In this document: positions 49,306 to 59,364 of the stretch, one piece after another | How positions within the stretch are numbered: the first letter of the stretch is position 1 | How the letters are laid out: the number at the start of each line of letters is the position of its first letter | Origin: an uncultured Candidatus Rokubacteria bacterium | GTDB lineage: Bacteria; Methylomirabilota; Methylomirabilia; Rokubacteriales; DASRDR01 | Length of the DNA: 64,000 nucleotides | Assembly (NCBI GenBank): GCA_963805625.1 | Contig: CAWDVE010000019.1 | Coordinates: forward strand, 648,698-712,697 | Direction of reading: 5' to 3' | The notes under the pieces: generated by a model | Seen by the model: the letters and a program-made list of their open reading frames with translations, nothing else | Told to the model about the DNA's origin: nothing | Database searches by the model: none | Made by a program: the position numbers and the translations under genes

Positions 49306-51432
49306 TCACGCCGGGCCTTCCCGCCAGGCCCCGCTCACCCCGGCGACCGCCTCCCCGGCGACCGGCAACCGCACCCGGAAAGTCGTGCCCCGGCCGGGCG
49401 TGCTCGTCACGGCGATCATGCCCCCGTGCCGCTCGATGATGTCCCGGGCCTGGAAGAGCCCGATCCCCCAGCCGCCGTCCTTGCTCGAGCGGAAGGGCGT
49501 GAAGAGGGACGTCCGCATGAACTCCTCCGACATCCCCGGTCCCGTGTCGGTCACCGAGACGACCACGGCGCCCTCCGTCCCCTCGACCGCGACGGTCACC
49601 GTGCCCGCTCCGGGGATAGCCTCGGCCGCGTTCTTGACGAGGTTCTGGAGCGCCTGGAGGAGGGCCTCGGCGTCCGCGGGCACCGGAGGGATCGGTCGGA
49701 TGTCGGTCAGCACCGTGAGACGCGCGTCGGCGCGCAAGGGCCGGACAGCCTCGTCTACCAGCGCGGCGAGGTCGACCGGCTCGAGGGTCAGCTCGGCGGC
49801 CTTCTCGGGCGACCCCAGTTTCCCCAGCAGCCTCGTCATCCGCTCGACGGTGCGGGAGAGCGTCCGAATGCTGTCCTGCTGGAACTCCGGGTCGTCGAAG
49901 TAGGTGAGGGCGTTGCGGGCCAGCAGGGACAGCGCGGAGACCGAGTTCTTGAGGTCGTGGATCACGTACGAGGTCAGGCGGTGGAAGGCGTCGAACTCCC
50001 GGGTGCGCGCGAGCGCCTCCGACATGTGGGCGGTGGCGATCGAGCCGGCCGCCTGCTCACCGATCGTCGCCATGAAGAGGAGGTCCTCGAGCCCGTACCC
50101 GAGGCCCGAGCGCTCGGGGCCGAGGAGGATGAACCCGGTCAGCGTCCCCTGCCAGACGAGCGGCAGCGCCACCGAGCCCTCGCCGAACGCCCCAGCCAGC
50201 TCGGCCAGCAGCGCCGGGTCGACGCCCCCGTCGAGGACGATCGGGTACCGCGCCTCCCGGAGGCGGCCGACCAGGGGCGCGTCGGCCAACACGCCGCCCG
50301 GCGAGGCCGGCAGGTCGAGCGTCGCCACCGCGCGATACGGTCCCCCGGGCGCGTCGGCCAGGTAGAGCGCCGCCCGGGTGCTCCCCACCGCCTCGGTCAG
50401 GGCCTCCAGGAGCTGGGGCCCGATCTCGTCGACCGTCACCAGCGAGGCCATGCGCTTGGTGAAGGCGACCCAGTGCTCGCGGTAGTCGTACTTGCTGCGG
50501 TAGAGGTTCAGCGCGACGAAGCGCTTGATCCGCCACCGCACCCGGTCGGAGAGCAGGACGAGGGCGAGCAACAGCGCCGAGACGAAGATGACCAGCGAGC
50601 CCCAGAACGCCTGCTCCGGGATCTCGAGATAGTTCAGCAGCCAGGCGAGGGCCCCCACGGCGAGCAGGTAGACGCCGAGCACGCTGACCACGACCGACCG
50701 GTAGAGGAGGGCGCGCGAGATCGTCAGCTCGATGTCGCGGAGGCGCTCGCGGGCAACCCCGACCGCCATGAGGGCCGTCGCGACCAGGAGGGTGGCGGCC
50801 CCGATCATCAGGGAGTCCGCGGTGACGACCCGGAAGGCGGCGACCTGGCTCGCTAGATAGAACCGCACGAGAAAGATGCCCCCGAGCCCGAGCGCCAGGA
50901 ACTTGACGCGGCCGCGCGCCCGGACGCCGGCGCTGCGGAGCGCGGTCTCCAGGCCGGCCAGGATCGCGACCGAGAGCAGGATCTCCAGGACCGCCAGGTA
51001 GACACCCAGGGGCTCGACAGCGGCGATCTCGAAGGGCCCCGACACGGGCGGGAACCGGAAGAGGTCGCCCGTCACCAGGACGGCGGCGCCCGCGACGACG
51101 AGCCCGCTCGCCGCCACCATGGCGCCGCGCCAGCCGGTCGGGATCGCCGCCTGGCGGTGGGTGAGCGCGGCAACGAACACCCCCCAGAGGAGCGGCGCCG
51201 CCAGCGCGGCGACGCCATGCAGCTGGAGCCACGGCCCGGGGTCGCCGGTGATCGCCGTTCCGGCCAAGAGCGCCCACGCCGCGGCCGACTGGACAGCGAA
51301 CGCCAGCATCCCAAAGGCGAAGCTCCACTCGAGCCGGCTGAGCGGGCGCCGGACGAGCACCGCCACCGCCAGCGCGATGCAGGCGAGGCCGGCGGCGACT
51401 GGGAGCAGAGACCCGACGGGCAGGCCGGTCAA
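49306..51432 (-). CDS. prsK: PEP-CTERM-system membrane histidine kinase
   Basis: Multi-[38 protein letters not shown]. Confidence 0.92.
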   Translation of the reverse strand: MTGLPVGSLLPVAAGLACIALAVAVLVRRPLSRLEWSFAFGMLAFAVQSAAAWALLAGTAITGDPGPWLQLHGVAALAAPLLWGVFVAALTHRQAAIPTGWRGAMVAASGLVVAGAAVLVTGDLFRFPPVSGPFEIAAVEPLGVYLAVLEILLSVAILAGLETALRSAGVRARGRVKFLALGLGGIFLVRFYLASQVAAFRVVTADSLMIGAATLLVATALMAVGVARERLRDIELTISRALLYRSVVVSVLGVYLLAVGALAWLLNYLEIPEQAFWGSLVIFVSALLLALVLLSDRVRWRIKRFVALNLYRSKYDYREHWVAFTKRMASLVTVDEIGPQLLEALTEAVGSTRAALYLADAPGGPYRAVATLDLPASPGGVLADAPLVGRLREARYPIVLDGGVDPALLAELAGAFGEGSVALPLVWQGTLTGFILLGPERSGLGYGLEDLLFMATIGEQAAGSIATAHMSEALARTREFDAFHRLTSYVIHDLKNSVSALSLLARNALTYFDDPEFQQDSIRTLSRTVERMTRLLGKLGSPEKAAELTLEPVDLAALVDEAVRPLRADARLTVLTDIRPIPPVPADAEALLQALQNLVKNAAEAIPGAGTVTVAVEGTEGAVVVSVTDTGPGMSEEFMRTSLFTPFRSSKDGGWGIGLFQARDIIERHGGMIAVTSTPGRGTTFRVRLPVAGEAVAGVSGAWREGPA

Positions 51433-51785
51433 GGGGACGTCGTCAAGGCGGCCGGGGCCTCGTTCCGTCCGAGAAATGTCGACGCTGAGGCGCCATGTCC
51501 ATCACTCACGATGTGGAGGCCGCTGAGTGTCTTGAAACGTGACGCCATCGTGTAATCCATTCCGTATGCGCCACAATACCTTTCAACCTTTCTGCCATCG
51601 GGCATGAGAGCCCGACGTGGTGGCATGACCTCTAAGAAGGGCCATAGAATAGGGGCCTGGTTGGGCATCGGTGGAACTTAGCGCGGCGCGTCATGAGGCA
51701 GGTGGCCTTCCACCGCTACTCACCCTGTGCCCCCTGCTTCGGCATTTGGGTAATCTTTTTCGCAGGCTGGTAGTTTCGAGCCACG

Positions 51786-51830
51786 AAGCCCTTGATATTC
51801 GAGATCGATCCCGGTTGGTACCTGGATTGC
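51786..51830 (+). promoter_or_regulatory. sigma54 -24/-12 promoter for prsT with IHF-like site
   Basis: TGGTACCTGGATTGC at 51816-51830 with exact GG-N10-GC spacing; TATCAAGGGCTT on the minus strand just upstream. Confidence 0.6.
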
Positions 51831-52020
51831 CTATCAGTAGTCGCGCGATGCGGACGATTCACCCGCCCTGCACTGGTTCCATGGGTTCTGGCCGCGCCCG
51901 TGCTGGCGGGGCTGGTATGGCCGCCCGGCAGGCCGGCGGCAAGATTGAGCGAAACGCTTCCCGACCGCCATCCGTCGTCTCCTCAACGCCGGGGATGAAC
52001 TGTCGAGAAAGGTCGTCACG

Positions 52021-54195
52021 ATGACTTCTGGAATCCGCCGCTGGGCCCCCCTCCTGCTGATTGTCCTGGTCGTCGCGACCGGGTGTGCCCGCTCGCCCGA
52101 GGCGAGGAAGGCCCGCTACCTCGAGCGCGGCGACGCGTACTTCAAGAAGGAGCAATACCGCGAGGCTGTCATCGAGTATTGGAACGTGCTCCGGCTCGAC
52201 CAGAATCATCCCCGCGCGATTGCGCAGATCGGGCTCGCCCACTTCCAGCTCGGCGAGGCGGCCCAGGCCTTCCGGTTCCTCCTCCGCGCACAGGAGCTGA
52301 CGCCGGACGACCCCGAGGTTCGCCTGAAGCTCGGGACGATCTACCTCATGGTCCGGAAGTCCCAGGAGGCGACGGACGAGGCCGAGGCCGTCCTCGCCAA
52401 GAACCCGGGGTCGCTCGATGCGCTGGTCCTCCTGGCCAACGCCGCGGACTCGCCGGAAGAGATCGCCGCGGCGCTCGCACGCCTCGAGGCCGCCCGTGGC
52501 GAGCACGACGGGCGGGCCCGATTCCACCTGGCCCTCGGTACCCTCTACCTCCGCCAGCGTCAGCCCGATCGGGCCGTCGAGGCCTTAGAACGGGCGGTCG
52601 CCCGGGAGCCCAAGTCGGTCGAAGCCCACGTCGCGCTCGGGAGCTTCTACACCATTCGGCGAGATGCCGGGCGCGCCGAAGAGGCCTTCAAACGGGCGGC
52701 GGAGCTCGCGCCGCCCGGCTCGGGGGCCCGGCTCCGATTGGTCGACTTCTACCTCGCCTCCCGGCGTCCGGACGAGGCCAAGCGCCTCCTCGCCGAGATG
52801 ACGAAGGCCGCGCCCGACTACCTCCCGGCCTGGCGCCGGCAGGCGGAGCTGGCGCTGCGCGAGCGGCGCTACGACGACAGCCTGAAGGCCGTGGAAATCA
52901 TCATGAAGAAGAGCCCGCAGGACCTCGACGGCCGCTTCCTGCGGGGGCGCATCCACCTGGCCAAGCGCGAGACGACGCTGGCGATCCAGGAGTTCCAGGA
53001 GGTCCTGAAACGCGAGCCCAAACTCGCCCCGGCCCGCTTCCAGCTGGCCCAGGCGTATCTCCAGGCGGGCAATGTCCAGCAGGCGAAGACCGAGCTCAAG
53101 GAGGCCACGTCGAGCGCCCCGTCCTACGTCGAGGCGACGCTCGAGCTGGCGAGGCTCAACATCCAGTCCGGGGCGACTCAGCTCGCGATCGAGGACTTGG
53201 CGAAGCTGATTCAGAAGGAGCCCCAGGTGGTGCAGGCCTATGTCCTGCTCGGGACGGCCCACATGGCGCGACGAGAACCGAAGAAGGCCGAGGAGGCCTA
53301 CCGGCGTCTCGTCGCCGTGGCGCCCAAGGACGCCCGGGGGCCCGACTTCGTCGGGCTGAGCCTCGTCGCCCAGGGGAAGTTGGCCGAGGCCCGCCGGGAG
53401 TTCGAGGCGTCGCTGACTCTCGCCCCGGGCTTCGTCGACCCTCTGGCCCACCTGGTGCGGCTCGACGTCCGCGAGAAGAAGCCCGAGATCGCGCTCGAGC
53501 GGGTCCAGCGCCAGATCGCCCGGGTCCCGCAGTCAGCCGGGTTGCATCAGCTCCTGGGGCGCCTCCACCAAACGCGGCGTGAGACGCCTCAGGCCGAAGC
53601 AGCCTACTCCAAGGCGATCGAGCTCGAGCCGCAGCGAATTGGGCCGTACTTCGACCTCGCGCGGCTCTACGCAAGCACGGGGCGCCTCGATCAGGGTCTG
53701 GCGCGGGCCGAGGAGGCCCTCAAGCTCAACCCGAAGAGCCAGCCATTGCTCATGCTCGTCGGGATGCTCTCGGAGGCGAAGCGGGACCACAAGAGAGCGA
53801 TGGAGGCCTACGAGCAGCTCCTGGCAGGGAACCCCCGCTTCGCCCCGGCGGCGAACAATCTGGCCTACCTGCTGAGCGAGACCGGCGGGGACAAGGAACG
53901 CGCGCTTCAGCTCGCTCAAACTGCGAAGGAGGCCGCCCCCGATGACCCCCAGATCTCGGACACGCTCGGATGGATCCTCCATCAGCGTGGGGTCCATCAG
54001 CGCGCGGTCGTGCTCCTCGACGAGGCCGCGACCAAGCTGCCCGACAACGCCGTCGTCCGCTACCACCTCGGGATGGCCCAGCTGGCGGCGGGGAACAAGG
54101 ACGCCGCCAAGCGGGAACTCCAGGAGGCGCTGAAGCTCCAGTCCGGCTTCCCAGGGGCGGACGAGGCCCGGCGGGCGCTGAGCCAGCTCCCGTAA
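52021..54195 (+). CDS. prsT: PEP-CTERM-system TPR lipoprotein
   Basis: Lipobox ATGC, many TPRs, ANNLAYLL, DTLGW, YHLGMA. Confidence 0.85.
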   Translation: MTSGIRRWAPLLLIVLVVATGCARSPEARKARYLERGDAYFKKEQYREAVIEYWNVLRLDQNHPRAIAQIGLAHFQLGEAAQAFRFLLRAQELTPDDPEVRLKLGTIYLMVRKSQEATDEAEAVLAKNPGSLDALVLLANAADSPEEIAAALARLEAARGEHDGRARFHLALGTLYLRQRQPDRAVEALERAVAREPKSVEAHVALGSFYTIRRDAGRAEEAFKRAAELAPPGSGARLRLVDFYLASRRPDEAKRLLAEMTKAAPDYLPAWRRQAELALRERRYDDSLKAVEIIMKKSPQDLDGRFLRGRIHLAKRETTLAIQEFQEVLKREPKLAPARFQLAQAYLQAGNVQQAKTELKEATSSAPSYVEATLELARLNIQSGATQLAIEDLAKLIQKEPQVVQAYVLLGTAHMARREPKKAEEAYRRLVAVAPKDARGPDFVGLSLVAQGKLAEARREFEASLTLAPGFVDPLAHLVRLDVREKKPEIALERVQRQIARVPQSAGLHQLLGRLHQTRRETPQAEAAYSKAIELEPQRIGPYFDLARLYASTGRLDQGLARAEEALKLNPKSQPLLMLVGMLSEAKRDHKRAMEAYEQLLAGNPRFAPAANNLAYLLSETGGDKERALQLAQTAKEAAPDDPQISDTLGWILHQRGVHQRAVVLLDEAATKLPDNAVVRYHLGMAQLAAGNKDAAKRELQEALKLQSGFPGADEARRALSQLP

Positions 54196-54223
54196 TCCAA
54201 CGTTGGGCGCGCCTCCCTTGGAA

Positions 54224-54347
54224 CGTCGGGATTCTTTATAGAAGAGGCAGTCAATCGTCGGGATTCTTTACAAAACTGGGCAGTCGGTGCGGCACTGACT
54301 CAGAACTACTTGGAATTGTTGGATTTATTTGACGGCATAGCACTTGC
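54224..54347 (+). promoter_or_regulatory. Tandem enhancer boxes plus sigma54 promoter
   Basis: CGTCGGGATTCTTTAYA at 54224-54240 and 54256-54272; CGGCATAGCACTTGC at 54333-54347. Confidence 0.82.
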
Positions 54348-54409
54348 TCCTGCGGTTAGGCCGGGAATCACCAGACCCAAGACCGAACAATCGAACTTGG
54401 AGGGTGCAC

Positions 54410-55168
54410 ATGACAGGCTTGCGAGGACTCACATGGGCGGCCGTTGTTATGGGAGTCCTCCTCACGGGGGCTGCCGCCGAGGCCATCGACTTTAACTTCG
54501 CCACAGACCTGGGAGGCGGGGTCAACAACACGCAGCTCACCGCCAGTGAGACGACGAACACGATCACGGCTGACGGCTTCGACAACATAGATGCCACCAC
54601 TGACCCCATCGACCTGTCGAGCGGTAACTCCGAACTCCTGTGGCTACGGAACCAGCCGAACGACCATGGTCTCGGGGTCTGTAATAATTTGGGTGGTACC
54701 GGGACCTGCATCAGCGGGGGCGGTGACGAAAACGAGCTCGATAATGGCGACAGCTCGGAGGGCATTCGTCTCACCAAGGAGGGGGGGACGTGGACGTCGC
54801 TCTGGGTCTCGTCGCTCGACGGTAACAAGGGGACCGGCTCGGAGACGGGGACGCTCTTGTGGTCAGATGACCCCAACCAGTTCTCGGTCTCTAACTCCTT
54901 CACCTTTTCGTTTGCCGACATCGCCCTTTCGGGACAGACCGGCGTCGAAGTGGATCTCTTCACGCTGAACGGGTTCGCTGGGTCGGGGTTCAACGCCAGT
55001 GCGCCATACCTTCTGTTCATCGCTGGAACGCCCGGCGGCGGCGAGGGCAACAACGACTATCTCGTCTGGAAAGGCTCTGTGGACGTGCCTGAGCCGGGGA
55101 CGCTGGCCCTCCTCGGTGCCGGCTTGGTCGGGATGGCAGTGGCGGCACGGCGGTGGCGTCGCGGCTAG
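54410..55168 (+). CDS. PEP-CTERM surface protein
   Basis: Signal peptide AEA-I; Ser/Thr/Gly/Asn-rich; VPEPGTLALLGAGL...RRWRRG. Confidence 0.93.
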   Translation: MTGLRGLTWAAVVMGVLLTGAAAEAIDFNFATDLGGGVNNTQLTASETTNTITADGFDNIDATTDPIDLSSGNSELLWLRNQPNDHGLGVCNNLGGTGTCISGGGDENELDNGDSSEGIRLTKEGGTWTSLWVSSLDGNKGTGSETGTLLWSDDPNQFSVSNSFTFSFADIALSGQTGVEVDLFTLNGFAGSGFNASAPYLLFIAGTPGGGEGNNDYLVWKGSVDVPEPGTLALLGAGLVGMAVAARRWRRG

Positions 55169-55196
55169 CTGAGCGTCATACCCGCTTGCCAGGAAG

Positions 55197-55224
55197 GACG
55201 ACGGCCCCCCGGGGGGCCGTCGTC
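55197..55224. terminator. Perfect 28-bp palindrome between convergent genes
   Basis: GACGACGGCCCCCCGGGGGGCCGTCGTC; no clear U-tract. Confidence 0.55.
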
Positions 55225-55533
55225 GCGTCTGTGGCCGTGTCCGAATGGCGCCGCGTCCGTAAGCTCTGGCTTCCCTGGTCGTGGCCGAACCGCGTAACCT
55301 TTCGCCCCGACGGAAGCTGGGAGGCGCAATGCGAGGCTTGCGCGGGGTCGCGCAGCTATCGCCCCCGCGGAGCCCCCTCGCGTCTGTAGCCGTGTTCGAT
55401 CCCGAGCCGCGGGTAATCGTATCTTCGACGTGACGCTGAAGGGGGTAGGGGGCACCTCGCCATCAACGGCCTGGGCATCCGGGCGGCGGCGGCCATGGAT
55501 CTCGCCTTGAGCCGGTGCCCTGGGGACCTCGCC

Positions 55534-58500
55534 TCAGGGCTCGTCCGAGACGAGGAAGGTCGCCGTCACCACCTCGGTCGCTCCCGTCGCCAGCTCGATG
55601 GCCGCAGTGATCGTGTGCGGGCCGCTGGCGAGCTGCGAGGTGTCGAAGGGATTGGCGAGCGAGGCCGTGCCTCCGGCGAAGTCGTAGGGCGCCGTCCGCT
55701 CGGTCTGGCGGGGCGGACCACTCATGTCCGGATCGTCGAGGAAGAACCGGACGCTGATCACGTTCGTGACGGGGCTGCTGAAGACGTAGACGTTGCCGGT
55801 CACGGTGGCGCCCTCGAGTGGCTGCGGATTCCCCCGATCCGGCTGGAAACTGACTAGGACCGTGTACTCGGAGCCGACGGTGAAGGCGACGTCGAGTGAG
55901 TCCGAGGCAGCGTCAGGAGACTCGGCGGTGAGCGTGGCCCGGTGGACACCGGTGGCAAGACCGGTAGAATCGGCGGTGAGGCGCAATCTGGTCGGAGTGG
56001 TTCCGCCGGCCGGCGTGACCGAGAGCCAGGGCGCGCCCCCCGTCGTGGTGAAGGCTGCCGGATCGCCGGTCCCGGTGTCGACGTCGACATCAGCCGTGGC
56101 AAGCCCCCCGACCGGCGCGACGAGGAGGGCGCTCGTCGGGCTGAACAAGAGCTCGAGCGGACAGCTTCCCAGGGTGTACTCGAAGCGGTCCTGGAGGATG
56201 GGAGGCGTCCCATCGCCCACGACCCCGTACGTCTCGAGTTGGATCGAGCCGGACGCCCTGACCGACAGCCGTGCGAAGTGGTGGACGCTGTTGTCGCGAA
56301 CGGCGGTCCAAGGCGGTGGCGGCTCGGTGCGGAACTGGGAGAAGTTGCCGTTGATGTTGCTCCGCTTGCCGCCCGGGCTCACCTTGACCCAGGTCACCCC
56401 GTCCGCCATCGTGTAGCACGCTCTCGCTGACGAGGTCGGGGTGTTCGTCGCCGGGACGTCGACGAGAGGGTAGGTCCGCTCGAACGACTGGTCATGTGAA
56501 GAGATCACGACCTTGACGCCCAGGCGCTCGAACAGCGGACCGAGCTGAGAGCGGAGGGCCAGATTGGACGGATGGTTGGTCCCGTCGGAGAACGGCGAGA
56601 CGTGGAAATAAGGAACGATCCACCGCTGGCCGGCGTTCAGGGCGGCAGTGATGTCCTGCTCGATCCATTGAAGCGTCGTGGTCGCGAGACCGACGGTTTC
56701 GGCGACAGCGTAGATCGACACGAAATGGACGTCACCGATGTCGAAAGAGTAATTGCGCTGACCATCGAAGCCGGGCGGCGTTGGGAATCGAGCGGCCCAC
56801 GCGGCGAAGCCCTCGCCGGCCTCGTGGTTGCCGTAGGCAGGCATCATCGGTGACCGCGTCCCGATCGGCTGCATCTGGTTGAACCAGGCGTCGATCGTGC
56901 TGTTGAGAGAGCCGAACCGCTTGTCGGTGTCGAAGTAGGCATAGTCCCCGCCGAGCAGTACCACGAGAGGGTTGAGCGCGGCGATCTCGTCGATGACCTG
57001 CTCGGTGCCGGTGGCCAGCCCGTCGAGCCGGCCGATGATTCCGGTGTCGGCCACATACACGGCGTCAAAATCTTGGGGTCCGCGTGGAGGGGCCGTCCGC
57101 GTCGTGAAGGTGGGGCTCCAGATGCCCTGGGTGCCAGAAACGCGGTATTCGTAGGCCGTGGAGGGAGTCAGCAAGGTCAGGACCGCTTCGTGGAGGGTCC
57201 CTGTGGTGCCCGACGGGCGCGCTGTCCCGGTGACGCTCTGCCACGGCGCTGTGCCCGCCGGCCGATACTCGACGACGGACGGCGCGTTCGGATCGAAGGT
57301 GCGCCAGACCACGACGAGGGTGGTCGACGGGTCTCCCACCCAAGCCAGATGGACCTGATCCGGCGGCGGCGGCGGGCCAACAGTCAAGCTGACGGCCAGG
57401 CCATCCGAGGCGTAGCCGGGCGCGCTGGCGGTCACCGTGGTGGTGTAGGTGCCGGCCGCCAGGCCAGCCGCGTCGATCGTCAGGGTGACGCTGGCGGGCG
57501 TCGCCCCGCTGGCCGGGCTGACGGTGAGCCAGTCAGCGGCTTCGCTCAGCGTGAAGGCCGCCGTCCCGCTCGTGGCGTTGAGATTGACCTGGGTCGTGGT
57601 GCTGCCTTCCTCGGGGACGTTCAGGGTGACGGGGTCGGGGCTCCACGCGAGGATGGGGCCGCTGTTGGCCACGGTGAAGGTGGCGCTCACCACCGTGGTC
57701 CCGCCCGCGGCGAGGTCCAGGGCCGCCGTGATGACGTGGGCGCCGTCGGCCACCTGGGCCGTGTTGAACGGCTGCGCCGCGCCGCCGGCGGCCGTGCCGG
57801 CGAAGTCGAAGGGGGCGTTGCTCTCGGTCTGGCGGGGCGTGCCCCGTCATCCCGGGGTTGTCCAGGAAGAAGCGCACCCGCGTCACGCCCGTGTCGGGAC
57901 CGGTGAAGACGTAGATGTTCCCCGCCACGCTCGCCCCCGCGAGGGCGATCGGACTGGCGCGGGTGGGGGCGGTGCTGAGGAGCAAACTGTAGCTGTCCGT
58001 GCCCACGCGGAACGTCACCGTCAGGGTGTCGGTGAGGTAGCCGGCGGCGGTCGCGGTCACGGCGGCCGTATACACGCCCGGCGCCAGGCCGGCAGCGTCG
58101 GCCATCAGCGTGATGGGGGCGGGCGTCGCCCCGCTGTCCGGGCTGACGGTGAGCCAGGCGGCGGTCTCGCTCAGCGTGAAGGCCGCCGTCCCGCTCGTGG
58201 CGGTGAGCGTGACCTGGGTCGAGGTGTTCCCGCCCTCCGGAACCGTCAGGGGGACGGGGCCCTCGGGATTCCACGCCAGGGCCGGCGCCTGGTTCGCGAC
58301 GGTGAAGGTGGCGCTGACCACCTCGGCCCCGCCCGCGGCGAGGTCCAGGGCCGCCGTGATGACGTGGGCGCCGTCGGCCACCTGGGCCGTGTTGAACGGC
58401 TGCGCCGCGCCGCCGGCGGCCGTGCCGGCGAAGTCGAAGGGGGCGTTGTTCTCGGTCTGGCGGGGCGTGCCCGTCATCCCGGGGTTGTCCAGGAAGAAGC

Positions 58501-59364
58501 GCACCCGCGTCACGCCCGTGTCGGGACCGGTGAAGACGTAGATGTTCCCCGCCACGCTCGCCCCCGCGAGGGCGATCGGACTGGCGCGGGTGGGGGCGGT
58601 GCTGAGGAGCAAACTGTAGCTGTCCGTGCCCACGCGGAACGTCACCGTCAGGGTGTCGGTGAGGTAGCCGGCGGCCGTCGCGGTCACGGCGGCCGTATAC
58701 ACGCCCGGCGCCAGGCCGGCAGCGTCGGCCATCAGCGTGATGGGGCGGGCGTCGCCCCGCTGTCCGGGCTGACGGTGAGCCAGGCGGCGGTCTCGCTCAG
58801 CGTGAAGGCCGCCGTCCCGCTCGTGGCGGTGAGCGTGACCTGGGTCGAGGTGCTCCCGCCCTCCGGAACCGTCAGGGGGACGGGGCCCTCGGGATTCCAC
58901 GCCAGGGCCGGCGCCTGGTTCGCGACGGTGAAGGTGGCGCTGACCACCTCGGTCCCGCCCGCGGCGAGGTCCAGGGCTGCCGTGATGACGTGGGCGCCGT
59001 CGGCCACCTGGGCCGTGTTGAACGGCTGCGCCGCGCCGCTCGCGGCCGTGCCGGCGAAGTCGAAGGGGGCGTTGTTCTCGGTCTGGCGGGGCGTGCCCGT
59101 CATCCCGGGGTTGTCCAGGAAGAAGCGCACCCGCGTCACGCCCGTGTCGGGGCTGACGAAGACGTAGATGCTCCCCGCCACGCTCGCCTCGGCGAGCGCT
59201 GACGCGTTCGACCGATTCGACGAACTGCTCACGAGCAACGCGTGGTCGGCGGCCTCGGCGTCGAGAGCTGGATGTCCGATCAGCCCGTAAGCGAGCATCC
59301 CGATGGCGAACACGGCTGCGCGCATGTCCACCAGCCTCACCGAGTCCGGATGTCGCGGTCGCAT
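55534..59364 (-). CDS. Secreted repeat protein: (Ig-like+BACON)x3, purple-acid-phosphatase-like domain, BACON, Ig-like (frameshifts ~58743, ~57845)
   Basis: Signal peptide; PDQVHL, DTG, GDYAY, GNHE, SHDQ; WLTVSP BACON motif. Confidence 0.85.
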
